Below are positions 30,394 to 41,280 of a DNA stretch of 64,000 nt, piece by piece. The notes beneath the pieces were generated by a model. It was given only the letters and a program-made list of their open reading frames with translations. It was not told the origin of the DNA and ran no database searches. The translations under genes and the position numbers were made by a program. Positions within the stretch are counted from its first letter, which is position 1, and each line of letters begins with the position of its first letter. Origin of the DNA: Candidatus Bathyarchaeota archaeon (GTDB taxonomy: Archaea; Thermoproteota; Bathyarchaeia; Bathyarchaeales; Bathycorpusculaceae); contig OY970340.1 in NCBI GenBank assembly GCA_963717465.1, positions 64,001 through 128,000 on the forward strand, written 5' to 3'.

Positions 30394-31431
30394 TCAATTA
30401 ACTCTCACTACTTCACTTATCGCTCGCAATTCTTTTTTGCAGTTCTCACGAACGAATTTTGCAATTCCCTCGGAATCAAGCCCATATATTTTCATAAGTT
30501 CAAGAGGCTCTCCTGATTCGCAGAACATATTTTTTATCCCATGCCGCTTTAACGTGCATGGGATCGACTTTCCTGATTCGCTTAAAACTTCTGCGATTGC
30601 TCCTCCGAGTCCACCTGTTATTTGATGGTCTTCAACACTGATTATCAGGCCAGTTTTTTTCGCCCAAAATCTGATCGCGTCCTCATCAATTGGCTTTATT
30701 GTATGACAATCAATTACTGCACATGAGATTCCTTCAGATTCAAGTTTCTCTGCTGCAATTATTGATTCATATACTTGTGGTCCACATGCAAAAATTGCAA
30801 CGTCTTTTCCATCTCGATAAACATTTGCCTTTCCAATTGCAAATGGTGTTGAATGCGTAGTAAATACCGGCATTTTCTCTCGGCATGATCTAATATAGAC
30901 TGGACTTTTTGTTTTACTTGCTTCAATTGTTGCTTTTCTTGCCTCTTCAACATCTGCTGGAACAATGACTGTCATATTCGGAATAACTCGAGTAATTGCA
31001 ATGTCTTCTAATGCTTGGTGAGATGCCCCATCCGGCCCAACTGTAACTCCAGTATGTGAACCATGTAATTTTACTGGTACATTATTGTAACAAAGTGAAA
31101 CACGAATCTGATCCCAATTTCTTCCAGGCGAGAAAGCCCCATATGCAGAGATAAAAACTGTTTTTCCCGAAGAAGCAATTCCTGCAGCAACTCCTGCCAA
31201 ATTTTGCTCAGATACTCCAACTTGAACAAATCGATCTGGATATTTTTCCGCAAACCAATGCGTTCTCGTACTCTCAGAAACATCAGCAGTCATTACCCAT
31301 AGGTTTGGATTTTCAGCTCCAATCTCAACTAATGCTTTTCCAAATCCATCTCGACTTGGTTTCTTATTCTGGGGTGCATCAATATTTTCGATAAGCCCCA
31401 TTTCTTTGTTTATTTTTGATGAATTTACCAT
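30394..31431 (-). CDS. Transketolase C-terminal subunit
   Basis: GVSEQN, GPDGASHQ, PVYIR, EDH..GGLG. Confidence 0.93.
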   Translation of the reverse strand: MVNSSKINKEMGLIENIDAPQNKKPSRDGFGKALVEIGAENPNLWVMTADVSESTRTHWFAEKYPDRFVQVGVSEQNLAGVAAGIASSGKTVFISAYGAFSPGRNWDQIRVSLCYNNVPVKLHGSHTGVTVGPDGASHQALEDIAITRVIPNMTVIVPADVEEARKATIEASKTKSPVYIRSCREKMPVFTTHSTPFAIGKANVYRDGKDVAIFACGPQVYESIIAAEKLESEGISCAVIDCHTIKPIDEDAIRFWAKKTGLIISVEDHQITGGLGGAIAEVLSESGKSIPCTLKRHGIKNMFCESGEPLELMKIYGLDSEGIAKFVRENCKKELRAISEVVRVN

Positions 31432-31485
31432 ATCAACACCACAAAACCCGTTTCAGACTGTAGCAATAGTTGGTTTGACATAGGG

Positions 31486-32429
31486 CTACTTCTCCTCTTC
31501 ATCTCGATAGAATTTTCTCTCCTCTTCAAGATCTTCTAAGGCTGTTGTTGCTTCTTTATCACCCGGTGATTTTCCGTGCCATTCGGTAATAAATTCCATA
31601 AATGAGATATCTTTTCCAGGAACGGTATGTGCGATTATCATCGTTGGTTTATCGATTACCGTTTTCGCTTCGTTACATGCTGAAATTATTTGTTGAATAT
31701 TATGGCCATCGATATTAATTACGTGCCATCCGAATGCTCGATATTTTTCGTCAAGTGGTTCGAGTGGAAGAACATCTTCAGTAAATCCATCGATTTGAAT
31801 ATTATTTCTATCCATAATTGCAACTAAATTTCCAAGTTTAAATTTAGATGCTAAAAGTGCCGCTTCCCATACTTGTCCCTCGTTATGCTCACCATCTGAA
31901 CAAACACAGTAAACTCGCCAATTCTTTTTTTCTCTCTTTCCAACAAGTGCCATTCCAACTGCAATCGACAGTCCCTGACCGAGAGGACCTGAACTATTCT
32001 CGATTCCAGGTAACGTTTCTCTATGAGGGTGCCCTTGTAATCTTGAACCAAATTTTCTAAGTGTCATTAACTCTTCTTTTGGGAAATATCCTGCCTCAGC
32101 CATTGCAGCATATAATCCTGGACAAACGTGACCGTTTGATAAAATACATCGATCCCGACCTTCCCAATTCGGATTTTTCGGATCGTGATTTAAAACATTA
32201 AAGTAAAGTGCAGTAAATACGTCGGCTAAACCCATCGAACCTGCAGGGTGACCAGATTTTGCTTCATGAAGCATTTTAACAATATTTTGTCTAATATTAT
32301 TTGATAATAAATAGAGTTTTTTTATATCAGTAATTTTTTTTGCTCCAACTCCAACTGATGGATTAGCTCAAGAAGCGTTTGCTTTGGAGGGTCATTAGTT
32401 AGTTTTGGAATATTAACATCCGCTGTCAT
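31486..32429 (-). CDS. Transketolase N-terminal (TPP-binding) subunit; probable homopolymer frameshift near 32335
   Basis: SGHPAGS, LSNGH, LQGHP, SDGE..EG; upstream ATG at 32429 with GGTGGGAG RBS joins if A8 is A9. Confidence 0.88.
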
Positions 32430-33114
32430 TTTCTCCCACCAACCACTTTCCGATTTATTTCTCCCTCGAATTCCCGACTCGTAGATATTCTGAACTGCTT
32501 CTGGAATGCTTTTTGCCATAAAAATTGCATTCGCTGCCGCAAGAATATTCGCTCCTGCTTCACACGCTCTCTCGGAAGTCTCTGCGATTTATTCCCCCAT
32601 CAACTTCAATTTCGAGTTTTGGGAATTTTGCTCGAAGAGTACGAACTTTTGATTCGACTTCAGGAATATATTTTTGTCCACAAAAGCCGGGATTAACTGT
32701 CATGAATAGAACTTGCTTAACCTCTTTATCATTAATATATGGATAGAGTTTTTCGATGGGTGTTGCTGGGTTAATAGCAAGGCCTATTTTTCCACCACCA
32801 GCGAGCGTGCATGCTTTTTTTATTTTATTCCAATCAGAAATAGCCTCAACATGAACTAAATGCGTGTGTTTTCCAGGAATTTTTGAAATCCAATTTTCAG
32901 GATCTTTTACCATCCAGTGGAATTCGTACAAGATTCCTGAGGGAAGATTTGTTAAACTTTCAAGCCCAATCGTTTTGTTAGGGACAAAAATATTATCCAT
33001 TATGTCGATGTGAACAGTTGTAACGCTTAGTTTTACTTTTTCGATGCGGACCAGCAATTCTTCTCGGCTATTTACTAGGATTGCGGGTAATACTTTTACA
33101 CCCATCCAAATCAA
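32430..33114 (-). CDS. rpe: Ribulose-phosphate 3-epimerase, frameshift near 32586; 3' end uncertain
   Basis: HIDIMD..FVPN, HWMV, MTVNPGFCGQ, EVDGGIN; GANILAA..AIF continues in the shifted frame. Confidence 0.85.
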
Positions 33115-33344
33115 CTATTAAACCTAAATTTTTTTAAATTTACTCGCCAATTATTTTTCGAACCTCTCTCGGAAAGAATTTACGAGATATATAAACTTTA
33201 TTACTTACTTGCCACGAGATGAACGCCACCACTTACTTGCTATGACATGAACACTGCCAGCGTTCAAGCCTTTTGGGAAAGTCATTGACTTTAATAATTG
33301 ATGTTCTTCGTGCTACTGTCGAAAGAAAAAATAAGTTTTTTACT

Positions 33345-34204
33345 TTATTGCAGATAGTCGTTTAGTCGCTTTTTTATGCTCACTACGGCTGCTGGACTTG
33401 GCACGCTATCGCTAACAACGATTTCTTTTGCTCCTGCAGCTCGAATTTTATCAAATGCGCTACCTACTAGTAAGCCGTGAGCTGAAGCGCAAACGATTCT
33501 TTTGGCGCCTGCCTTTTTGCATACCGTGGCGGCTTTAATCATCGTCTCTCCGCTAATAATCATGTCATCGATTAGAATTACGTCACGTCCAGCAATATCC
33601 ACATCCAATTTTTCAGAAGTGATTTGCCTAAAGGCAACTGGTCCATGGATGTATTCACCAAGGGTTTTTTCCATACTGATCCCGCCTTCTTTTTTAACCA
33701 AGTGGGCGGCACCTCGATCTGGTGCGAGATAAAGACAGGATTTGATACTCTTGGTTTAACATAATCAAATAAGTCGGTTACAATCGATCGATTCTCGATA
33801 TTTAAGCCGGCGACATTCTTTTTGGTTTCGCCTGATTGCAAAAAGTGGCAATCAAAAGTAATGAGCCCATCAAGGCCAGCACCAGACAGCAACTTGCACA
33901 CCATTGTCGCAGAATCTGTTTCTCCAGGTCTAGAAATTTCGTCTTGTCTTGAGTATGGAAGATATGGAATAATCGCTGTTACTTTTGATGCAACTGGTTT
34001 TACTGCGCTTAAAATTTGTAAAAGCTGCAGAAGGCGTGAATCCTGGTCTGGGTAGCACCTGTGTAAGATCGCAACGTGTTTTCCTTTTAATTTTTCAATA
34101 TCAGGAATGTAAATGTAATTCTCGCAGTCATGAAATTTTTTTATCTCAATGTTTGACTGCGCAAGATCAGAACAATTTGGACCCACTAGTAGAAATTTTT
34201 CCAT
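33345..34204 (-). CDS. prs: Ribose-phosphate pyrophosphokinase, frameshift near 33722
   Basis: PYLPYSRQD, FDCH, PDRG across the shift, VILIDDMIISGET, SDSVP. Confidence 0.85.
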
Positions 34205-34345
34205 ACCACTAATTTGCTGGAAAGGTATAAAAAGCCTACCATGCTATCTTAGCAAACATAATAGCTCACAATTTATATTCGCAAGCATCGAAATTGCTTA
34301 GTTTAGACTACTTGACGTTTGTATTAATAGAAAAAGGATTGATTA

Positions 34346-34828
34346 ATGATGAAAGTTGCGTTTGATCTTGATGGTGTAGTTTTGCATCAAGAAATGTACT
34401 GTTTAAGGGCAATGGACTCTTGCAAGAATGAAGAAGAAAGATCCGAACTAATGAGGTACTATTATGCACGAAGAAGCATGCAACTAAACCCGATAGATTT
34501 TCTTGCAGATGATGATGAATTATTTTTTATTACGGGTCGGTCCATTTTGGTTGAAGATTTAACGAACAGATGGGCTAAGAAATACTTCCCGATGGCAATT
34601 GTCATAAACACGCGAACGGTGATGCCAAGTTCAGACAATGAATTGATGACAAAAAATTATGTGAATGACAGAAAAAAGGAATGGAGCTTGATACAAGCTG
34701 AAAGAAAAGCTGAAGCCCTTAACGACCACAAAATAGATGTGTTCTTCGAAGACGACCCAAACGTCGTAAAACACCTCAGGCATTTATGCACAAACACCAA
34801 AATAATTCAGTACGGCGGAAGATTCTGA
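34346..34828 (+). CDS. HAD-superfamily-like protein
   Basis: AFDLDGV, ITGR, K...IDVFFEDD. Confidence 0.75.
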   Translation: MMKVAFDLDGVVLHQEMYCLRAMDSCKNEEERSELMRYYYARRSMQLNPIDFLADDDELFFITGRSILVEDLTNRWAKKYFPMAIVINTRTVMPSSDNELMTKNYVNDRKKEWSLIQAERKAEALNDHKIDVFFEDDPNVVKHLRHLCTNTKIIQYGGRF

Positions 34829-34979
34829 ATAATCATTTGAGAGTCCGCCAAGTAATGGTGATGATATTGGATTTCCTTAGAAATCTTGCTTTGCGATTTG
34901 GGGAGAAAATTAGTTTGGGCAAGCAGCCTATTTAACGGTTTCTTGCATTGCAATCATCAATCAGTACACTTGATAGGTA

Positions 34980-35810
34980 TTAATGTCCCTTATTGTTTAT
35001 CTTTATTTTAAACCAATAAACTGTTTTTGTCAAATCTGCTAACCTGTTGATGACTATATTGTTCGAATAGTAATTGTGGCCAACAAGCAGGACGATCAGT
35101 ATGAATAATGGTGAGTAAGTAAAAATGATACAAAACACACTAGGATTAAGAGTATTTAGCAAAAGAATATAGGGAATTTGAAAAAGGTAAATCGGATAAG
35201 TTAGCTTGCTTATGAGACTAACAATTTCAGAGGGTTTTTTGGAAAAATGTATCATTTTTTGGGTTTTGGCACCAGCAAAAAATAAGGTCAAGTAGGCGAT
35301 GCTTGCTAAACCGGTATTCTGGAAGTTGACTACGCAGGTTAAATAGGCCAAATAACCACTTAAGCAACAGAAGGCTGTCAGGAAACAAAATTTGTTTTTC
35401 TTGTATAAAGCAAAGAGGCAATATCCGGCAAAAATGACCGGAACAAACCATAAGAAGCCAGAGGGGGAAGGCGAAAAGATTTGACCTAAAAAAGGGTAAA
35501 GAATCATTTGGCCTCGTTGGACGTCTGCTACATAAGGAACAGATATTAAAACTGCAATGACATATAGCGGATAAAGTTTTAAAAATTTTGATAAAACATA
35601 TTTTTTCGGCTGATCTGCTAAGCGGCTATTTGGTGCGAGGTATCCTGAAGCGTAAAAGAAAATTCCCACACTTGCAAATGCAATTGGACTTGATTCAAAA
35701 ATTACGTTCGGGTTAAAATTAGTGGCTATTAATAGTGTGTGGTAGATGAAAACAAGTATGCAAGCACTGAATTTAAGGTAGGTAACGCCGTGTGAGGCTG
35801 TCTCATCCAT
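34980..35810 (-). CDS. Acyltransferase-3 (OafA-like) membrane protein
   Basis: LVFIYH, VGIFF..SGY, KLYPLY, LWFV, YPIYLF. Confidence 0.8.
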   Translation of the reverse strand: MDETASHGVTYLKFSACILVFIYHTLLIATNFNPNVIFESSPIAFASVGIFFYASGYLAPNSRLADQPKKYVLSKFLKLYPLYVIAVLISVPYVADVQRGQMILYPFLGQIFSPSPSGFLWFVPVIFAGYCLFALYKKNKFCFLTAFCCLSGYLAYLTCVVNFQNTGLASIAYLTLFFAGAKTQKMIHFSKKPSEIVSLISKLTYPIYLFQIPYILLLNTLNPSVFCIIFTYSPLFILIVLLVGHNYYSNNIVINRLADLTKTVYWFKIKINNKGH

Positions 35811-35972
35811 AGGCGTTTACACTTTTCAAGCTATAAGTATCTTATTACTTACGAATCAATATTTAAAACCAATTTGCACTTTCTAACAAAGAATCGATGA
35901 ACTTGGATGCATATCGATATATATCCATTAAAAAGCAAGCTTGAAATACGAGCTGGAAAATCAGCTTTAACT

Positions 35973-36575
35973 ATGTCCTATACCAATGCAAAGAAGGCTG
36001 GAACGATAATTCTCGCTGGAAGTGCCCAGTACATTCTATGTTTAGTAATTGCCGAATCAATTTACCCACACTACAGTATTTCAACCAATTTCTTAAGTGA
36101 TCTGGGAGTTTGGGGCAACTCATCAGCATTTGTTTTTAATCCATCCATTATGCTTTTAGGCTTGGCTGTAATTGCAGGCTCGTATTTTCTAAGCAAAGAC
36201 CTTAAAATACGTGCAATTCCTATCTTACTGGCAGCGACAGGCGTAGGCTACTTGCTGGTAGGGATTTTTCCTGAGAACACTTTAATATGGTTGGGAAAGC
36301 CAATAATTCACTCCATTGGAGCTCTTTTAGCCTTTTCCGGTGGAGGAGTAGCAGCCATCTCATTTTACAAAATCACCAAAGGCCCGTACAGGTACATAAC
36401 TGTTATTTTAGGCGCAGTGATTCTTCTGGCAGCTGTGCTCTTTGTTATAACCAGTCAGTATAATTACTTGGGATTAGGGGTTGGCGGCATGGAGAGAGTG
36501 AACGCGGACCCTGCTCTGATTAGCTTAATTGGTTTTGGCGGATACCTACTCGGAAAAGCCAAAACAGAAACTTAA
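35973..36575 (+). CDS. DUF998 membrane protein
   Basis: ESIYPHYS...LSDLG, GIFPE, GLGVGGMER. Confidence 0.85.
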   Translation: MSYTNAKKAGTIILAGSAQYILCLVIAESIYPHYSISTNFLSDLGVWGNSSAFVFNPSIMLLGLAVIAGSYFLSKDLKIRAIPILLAATGVGYLLVGIFPENTLIWLGKPIIHSIGALLAFSGGGVAAISFYKITKGPYRYITVILGAVILLAAVLFVITSQYNYLGLGVGGMERVNADPALISLIGFGGYLLGKAKTET

Positions 36576-36757
36576 ATTACATATTTAAGATATACCTTGC
36601 TATAACTTAGCATTGGCAAACCAATCCTAAACTTCATGATACCTGTTGTTTTTAGATCGAAATCTTACATGGTTCATTTTAAAAGGTGAAAGGCTCAAGT
36701 TTCTGAAGATAAGAATAGCGTGCACGATCGTTTTTCATTATCAGTGCATGAAAAGGG

Positions 36758-36801
36758 TGGTGGGGCTGCCCGGATTTAAACCGGAGTCTATAGAGCCCAA
36801 G
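36758..36801 (-). repeat. att site: copy of the 3' half of tRNA-Pro
   Basis: 44 bp, 43/44 identical to 39571-39614. Confidence 0.93.
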
Positions 36802-37122
36802 ACTTACGAGACGATCAACTGGCAAGAGTTCAAGCAGTACGTAGATAACAAATACGCCAAGGGTTATGCAATGTCAATCTACGAACACTCAAGAAAATAC
36901 TTTAATCTTCTGAGCAACGTTAACGGCATATTATCGATTAAGCCGACAGCAAGAAACAACACAATTAACTCACTTACAGCTTTGAGCAGATTCTTAGGAA
37001 ATTACGATTCTTTTCTGTCTGACATGAAAACACATGGAGTCAAACGATATAAGCCAGATGCTATTCATTGTAGTAACAGCCACACCAGCAAAACTCTTAG
37101 AGTGACCAAGTTATATTTTTGA
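36758..37122 (+). pseudogene. Integrase C-terminal fragment (IntC), truncated
   Basis: Begins in att, continues INWQEFKQYV...ALSRFLG; no catalytic R-H-R-Y region follows. Confidence 0.7.
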
Positions 37123-37272
37123 CAGCCAGAATCGTGATCTTGAACCCAAATACAACTTGATTCATGCTAATTTTATCCCGTAATTCTTCCTCTTTTTCAG
37201 GTATCACGCTATTAAACTATTTATTTTTGACAAATTACTTTGACCAAAGGATGGCACGCCATTAGAGTTTGT

Positions 37273-37605
37273 TTACTTAGAAAGCAAATTATATCCGTTT
37301 TCTGTTAGTGCATAATAAGTTTTTTTCATTGTACCGATGCGAAAGCCTATAGCAAAATCAAATTTTAACAAATTATCAATAATAGTCATAATTTGTGCTA
37401 TAGACAAATTTGTTTTTTTAGCAATTCCTTCTCTTGATAGAGGTTCTTGAGCATTCAAAAATAAATCGATAACTTCTGAACCTTCAATTGGAGTAACGGC
37501 ACTAACTTCAAATTCAGCAAATGATTTCTGAACATCTGCTACAGTTTGACGTTTTCCACCCATTATTACCATTCTTGAAGTTACATCATTATTTTGCTTG
37601 TACAT
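37273..37605 (-). CDS. Small winged-helix protein
   Basis: PLSREGIAKKTNLS...YYALTENG. Confidence 0.6.
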   Translation of the reverse strand: MYKQNNDVTSRMVIMGGKRQTVADVQKSFAEFEVSAVTPIEGSEVIDLFLNAQEPLSREGIAKKTNLSIAQIMTIIDNLLKFDFAIGFRIGTMKKTYYALTENGYNLLSK

Positions 37606-37863
37606 GATTTTCTAATCAGCATTAATATATTAACAACATTTGTAACATATCTAATTTATCAAGTATAATTAATTTGCCCTAAGTCTAAAAATGCTTTTAA
37701 TTTTGAATTCTAATAGCAGCACGCCCTTTTCCATGTCAGCGCGCGTTCAAACTGTAGGCTTGTTGGACATGTCTACAATATTGATACCAAATATATAAAG
37801 TACAAATATTCTCAATGGCCAATTGTACAAATACCTGAATTCGATCTTTAAACGGTAACAAGC

Positions 37864-38235
37864 ATGAACAACAAAAACGAAAACACAACACTTTGGCTGC
37901 TTGAGGAAACGCGCGAAAAGGATAAAGAGAAAGCTCGTATAGCAAAAGCTTGCAAAACTCATCTAAACGCTGTTCAGGAGAAAAATTTTTGCTCTAAATG
38001 CAAGCAACCTTTTGACGAACCCCAGTTAGTTCAATACTACGCCTGCCCTCATTGCATGGCAAAAATAGAAGAAGAAACGAAACCAGGCTGCCAGTTTTAC
38101 CTCGGCTTCCTAAGCCAAAAAGACAAAACCCAATCATTGCCAACCGAGTGCGTAGAATGCCCCAAGGTTTTGGAGTGCATGTTGGACCGAGACCATTCTC
38201 CCAATGCCTTATCAGAAATTAAGAAGTGGTACTGA
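37864..38235 (+). CDS. Cys-rich zinc-binding hypothetical protein
   Basis: CSKC, CPHC, CQFYLGFL, CVECP...C. Confidence 0.7.
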   Translation: MNNKNENTTLWLLEETREKDKEKARIAKACKTHLNAVQEKNFCSKCKQPFDEPQLVQYYACPHCMAKIEEETKPGCQFYLGFLSQKDKTQSLPTECVECPKVLECMLDRDHSPNALSEIKKWY

Positions 38236-38463
38236 GCCAGCCTCGCTAAATCCTACTCTAACTTTTTTGGCGTGCTATAAAGATTTTATGTTGTTGGTCA
38301 ATGGTTATTATCCAAGCAATTGCTGGTAACTGACCCACACTTGCTTTGCAATTAAGAAAGAATTTACAAGAAAGGAGTCTGAGTAAGTATCACAGATTTG
38401 AGCCTAATGCTCTGTTTATAGAGCATATGTTTAATTCCTGTCTGGGATGAAAAAAGTAAAATA

Positions 38464-39057
38464 TTATGGAACTGTTATTTCTTCATTAAATTGAATTGAT
38501 GTTTCATTGACTAGCAATATTCCAAGCATTGTTGTCTCATAAACTTTGAAAGTAAAATCAAAGGTAGTATTATAATACCCTGAAAACGCGTCATAAAATG
38601 CATAAGCCAATGAGCAATTATCTAAATTTAAATATTCAGGCACAAAAGCATATTGACGTATTGAGAAATCTCCATTTCCAATAAAATTAGATTGATAAGA
38701 AAATTGAAGACCTTCTCCTACAACATCAACACTTTGAACGAAAAAGTTTGTGCTTTGATTAATCTTAAGGATGTATAGACTTGCTAAACCAGTATTTGTA
38801 TTAGTAAAATTTTTGATTGCATTAAAGATAAGCAGCCATGTTGCTCCATTAGAGGAATAAAGACAAGAAGCATTGACATAATTTGGACCTGAACCAATAC
38901 CAGTAATCTTAAACGCGTCTTCAGAGGAAACAAGGGATAAATTATTAACCTGAACGTAGGTACGAGCATAATTTTCTAAGCAAACAACACTTATCAAAAC
39001 AATCATGAGAATGAGGGCAATTGTGATTAGCTTCTTATGCTTCAAATCTACTTTCAA
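38464..39057 (-). CDS. Hypothetical membrane-anchored/secreted protein
   Basis: N-terminal TM, several N-x-S/T sequons, low GC. Confidence 0.65.
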   Translation of the reverse strand: MKVDLKHKKLITIALILMIVLISVVCLENYARTYVQVNNLSLVSSEDAFKITGIGSGPNYVNASCLYSSNGATWLLIFNAIKNFTNTNTGLASLYILKINQSTNFFVQSVDVVGEGLQFSYQSNFIGNGDFSIRQYAFVPEYLNLDNCSLAYAFYDAFSGYYNTTFDFTFKVYETTMLGILLVNETSIQFNEEITVP

Positions 39058-39287
39058 CCCTTTTCATATTCCATAAACCATGCACATTGTTGATAAAGTT
39101 TCTGCTAATTAAACTCTAAAGCACTTATACTTAAAACTTTCAATTATTATGGCAAGTTATTTTTAAAATTCAACCACAATTTCAAGCTTCTTCAAGGCTT
39201 CTAAAAAACTGTTCTCAGGGGTGTTTAAATGCTGAATTGACCACTCTGGAGGTCCAAAACCTAAGAATGGGGTAAAATGAAAATCAA

Positions 39288-39614
39288 ATGCTTAAATTTG
39301 AATGCGAAGTTTGCAGTAAAGTTTCAACTGCTCAAATTTTCTTTAAGGCAAATGGAGAAATAGGTTATGGAAGAGCTAGGCAGTATATTAAGAGAGTAAA
39401 TGGCAAACCACAGTTTGAATATCATCCTCAAAGTATTGATTATTTGAAAAGAAAACTTTGGGAATTAGAAGTTGATAGCAATAATGAAGGCCACAATGGT
39501 CAAGTTATAATTAATGCCAATGGTGACTTACAAAACTTTTCAAGCTCTAAAATAAAATCAAGCTCTGTTTTGGTGGGGCTGCCCGGATTTGAACCGGAGT
39601 CTATAGAGCCCAAG
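39288..39614 (+). pseudogene. Integrase N-terminal fragment (IntN)
   Basis: ORF MLKFECEVC... runs into att (VGLPGFEPESIEPK) in the same register as IntC. Confidence 0.65.
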
Positions 39615-39648
39615 TCTACAAGCCTAGACCAAGCTAGCCGACAGCCCC
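39571..39648 (-). tRNA. tRNA-Pro(TGG), CCA encoded, no intron
   Basis: GGGGCTG acceptor stem, anticodon loop CT-TGG-GC, GGTTCAAATCC T-arm, ...CCCCACCA. Confidence 0.96.
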
Positions 39649-39886
39649 AAACTTTGCCGAGAAACATAATTTCGCATGCACCATAAAAACCTTAGCTACA
39701 GACTAGTAAATTTGAAGTTGGATTAAGCGTTGTATTGTTGACTGATTAATCTGTGAAAAATGAGACTTTAAGTATTATCTCTGATTTCTATTGAAGCATT
39801 TTTCGCTATCTTGATTAATTACCATTCAATTGTCCGCTGGAAATAAATACTGGTAGTGCAATTTCGTATCAGTTGGAGGATAAAAG

Positions 39887-40309
39887 TTGTCTGTAGCACA
39901 AAGGAAGTTCCAAAGTGAAGTCGCATCATTAGCAGATAAAACTGTTGCCGTACTTACAACTAATGGAAAAACGTACACGGGAACATTAATCGGCATTAAT
40001 CCTGACAATCTAAGCCTCTGCATAGCTGAGGCAAAAGATGAAACAGGGAAAACTTCTCATCGTATCTTCTTGAACGGCAGCGTAGTAGCCGAAATAGCAA
40101 GCACGGAAAAACCCTTCGATCTTAAAGCATTAGCAGGTAGACTTGAGAAGGTATTTCCAACCATGGTCAAACTTTACGAAGACAAGGGTTTCATCTGGGT
40201 AATGGACAAGGTAAAATTAACTGAGCGCGGAGTAACTGAGGGCTCAGGACCAGCTGCCGAACGAGTACAAAGAGTATACGAACAGTTTATTAGCGAAATA
40301 AAAACCTAA
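39887..40309 (+). CDS. Lsm/Sm-like protein with C-terminal extension (SmAP3-like)
   Basis: V.V....GKTYTGTL.G, IFLNG Sm motifs plus Lsm_C-like tail. Confidence 0.85.
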   Translation: MSVAQRKFQSEVASLADKTVAVLTTNGKTYTGTLIGINPDNLSLCIAEAKDETGKTSHRIFLNGSVVAEIASTEKPFDLKALAGRLEKVFPTMVKLYEDKGFIWVMDKVKLTERGVTEGSGPAAERVQRVYEQFISEIKT

Positions 40310-41059
40310 ATAAACCAGCGCAATTGCTGCTCTTCTTTCTTCTTTTCTTCTGAAATACTTTTAACTAAACCGAAAGTCTCAATCATTTCCTTAATTTGAG
40401 CACCCGCAACATCAAGTTTAGACAAATCCACATTTAAACCAAGAAACTTATCCAGAGTCGTTAATGCGAGCTTTGCAGCACCAACATCAGGCTCAAGCCC
40501 AAGAGTATCCACAAGCAATGAGAAACCTTTCAGATTCCTGATTTTCGCTAACCCGATTGATAAGCCTGCAATGCCGAAAACATGCCCAACCATGACTTTG
40601 GTTCCTAAATCCAACACCTGCTTCATCGTTTCATCATCCGTGGCAGTGCTATAAGTCCCAGGGGTTTGTCGTTGATTCCTCTTTCTTGTAGCCTCCGATA
40701 GAAATTAGAAAACGGCAGCCAAGCTCCTGCGAAATATCCAACACTTTACCGCACAGTTCGTACTGCCCAACAGTTGTCAAAGCCTGAGTATTACCATACC
40801 AAATTATCAAGTCACGTTGACCATTCTCACGTTTAACAAAATAAAGCTCATTTATAGGCGAACAAGTTCCACCGCCCTTAGTTGTAACCGCGAAATCTTG
40901 AAAAGATGAGGACACTATTTGGGCAAAACAAGTAGCTTTCAACTCTGTAATTAAATGCAAAGCCGCAATATTAGCTACAAACCCGATGCCAGGCAATCCC
41001 TCAATGAGAATAGGATCATTAAGTTTTGGTTTTTCGCTGAGCACAATTGTGCAAACCAT
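40306..41059 (-). CDS. PAC2-family (proteasome assembly chaperone-like) protein, frameshift near 40660
   Basis: LIEGLPGIGFVA, SIGGY, G.AGL, PD..AA. Confidence 0.85.
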
Positions 41060-41280
41060 CGTTCGGCTTCCTTTCGACGCTAATAGATAAGACTAATGAT
41101 ATAAGGATGTCTTAAACCAAAATAACGTCATAAATAATTAAAAACGTGACCAACGAAATTACAAATTGCAATTACACTTGCTTTCCTTAAGCCAGATGAC
41201 AAAAACAATTACAATTAACTCTCTTAATTACGAATGTTAATGCTTTTTATTATCGAACACGATTCCATGATTAGGTTTGA

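Larger units (their letters stand above)
36758..39614. mobile_element. Defective integrated element at tRNA-Pro with SSV1-type split integrase
   Basis: Flanking 44-bp att repeats; both att copies are translated (VGLPGF.PESIEPK) within the IntN and IntC fragments. Confidence 0.8.
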
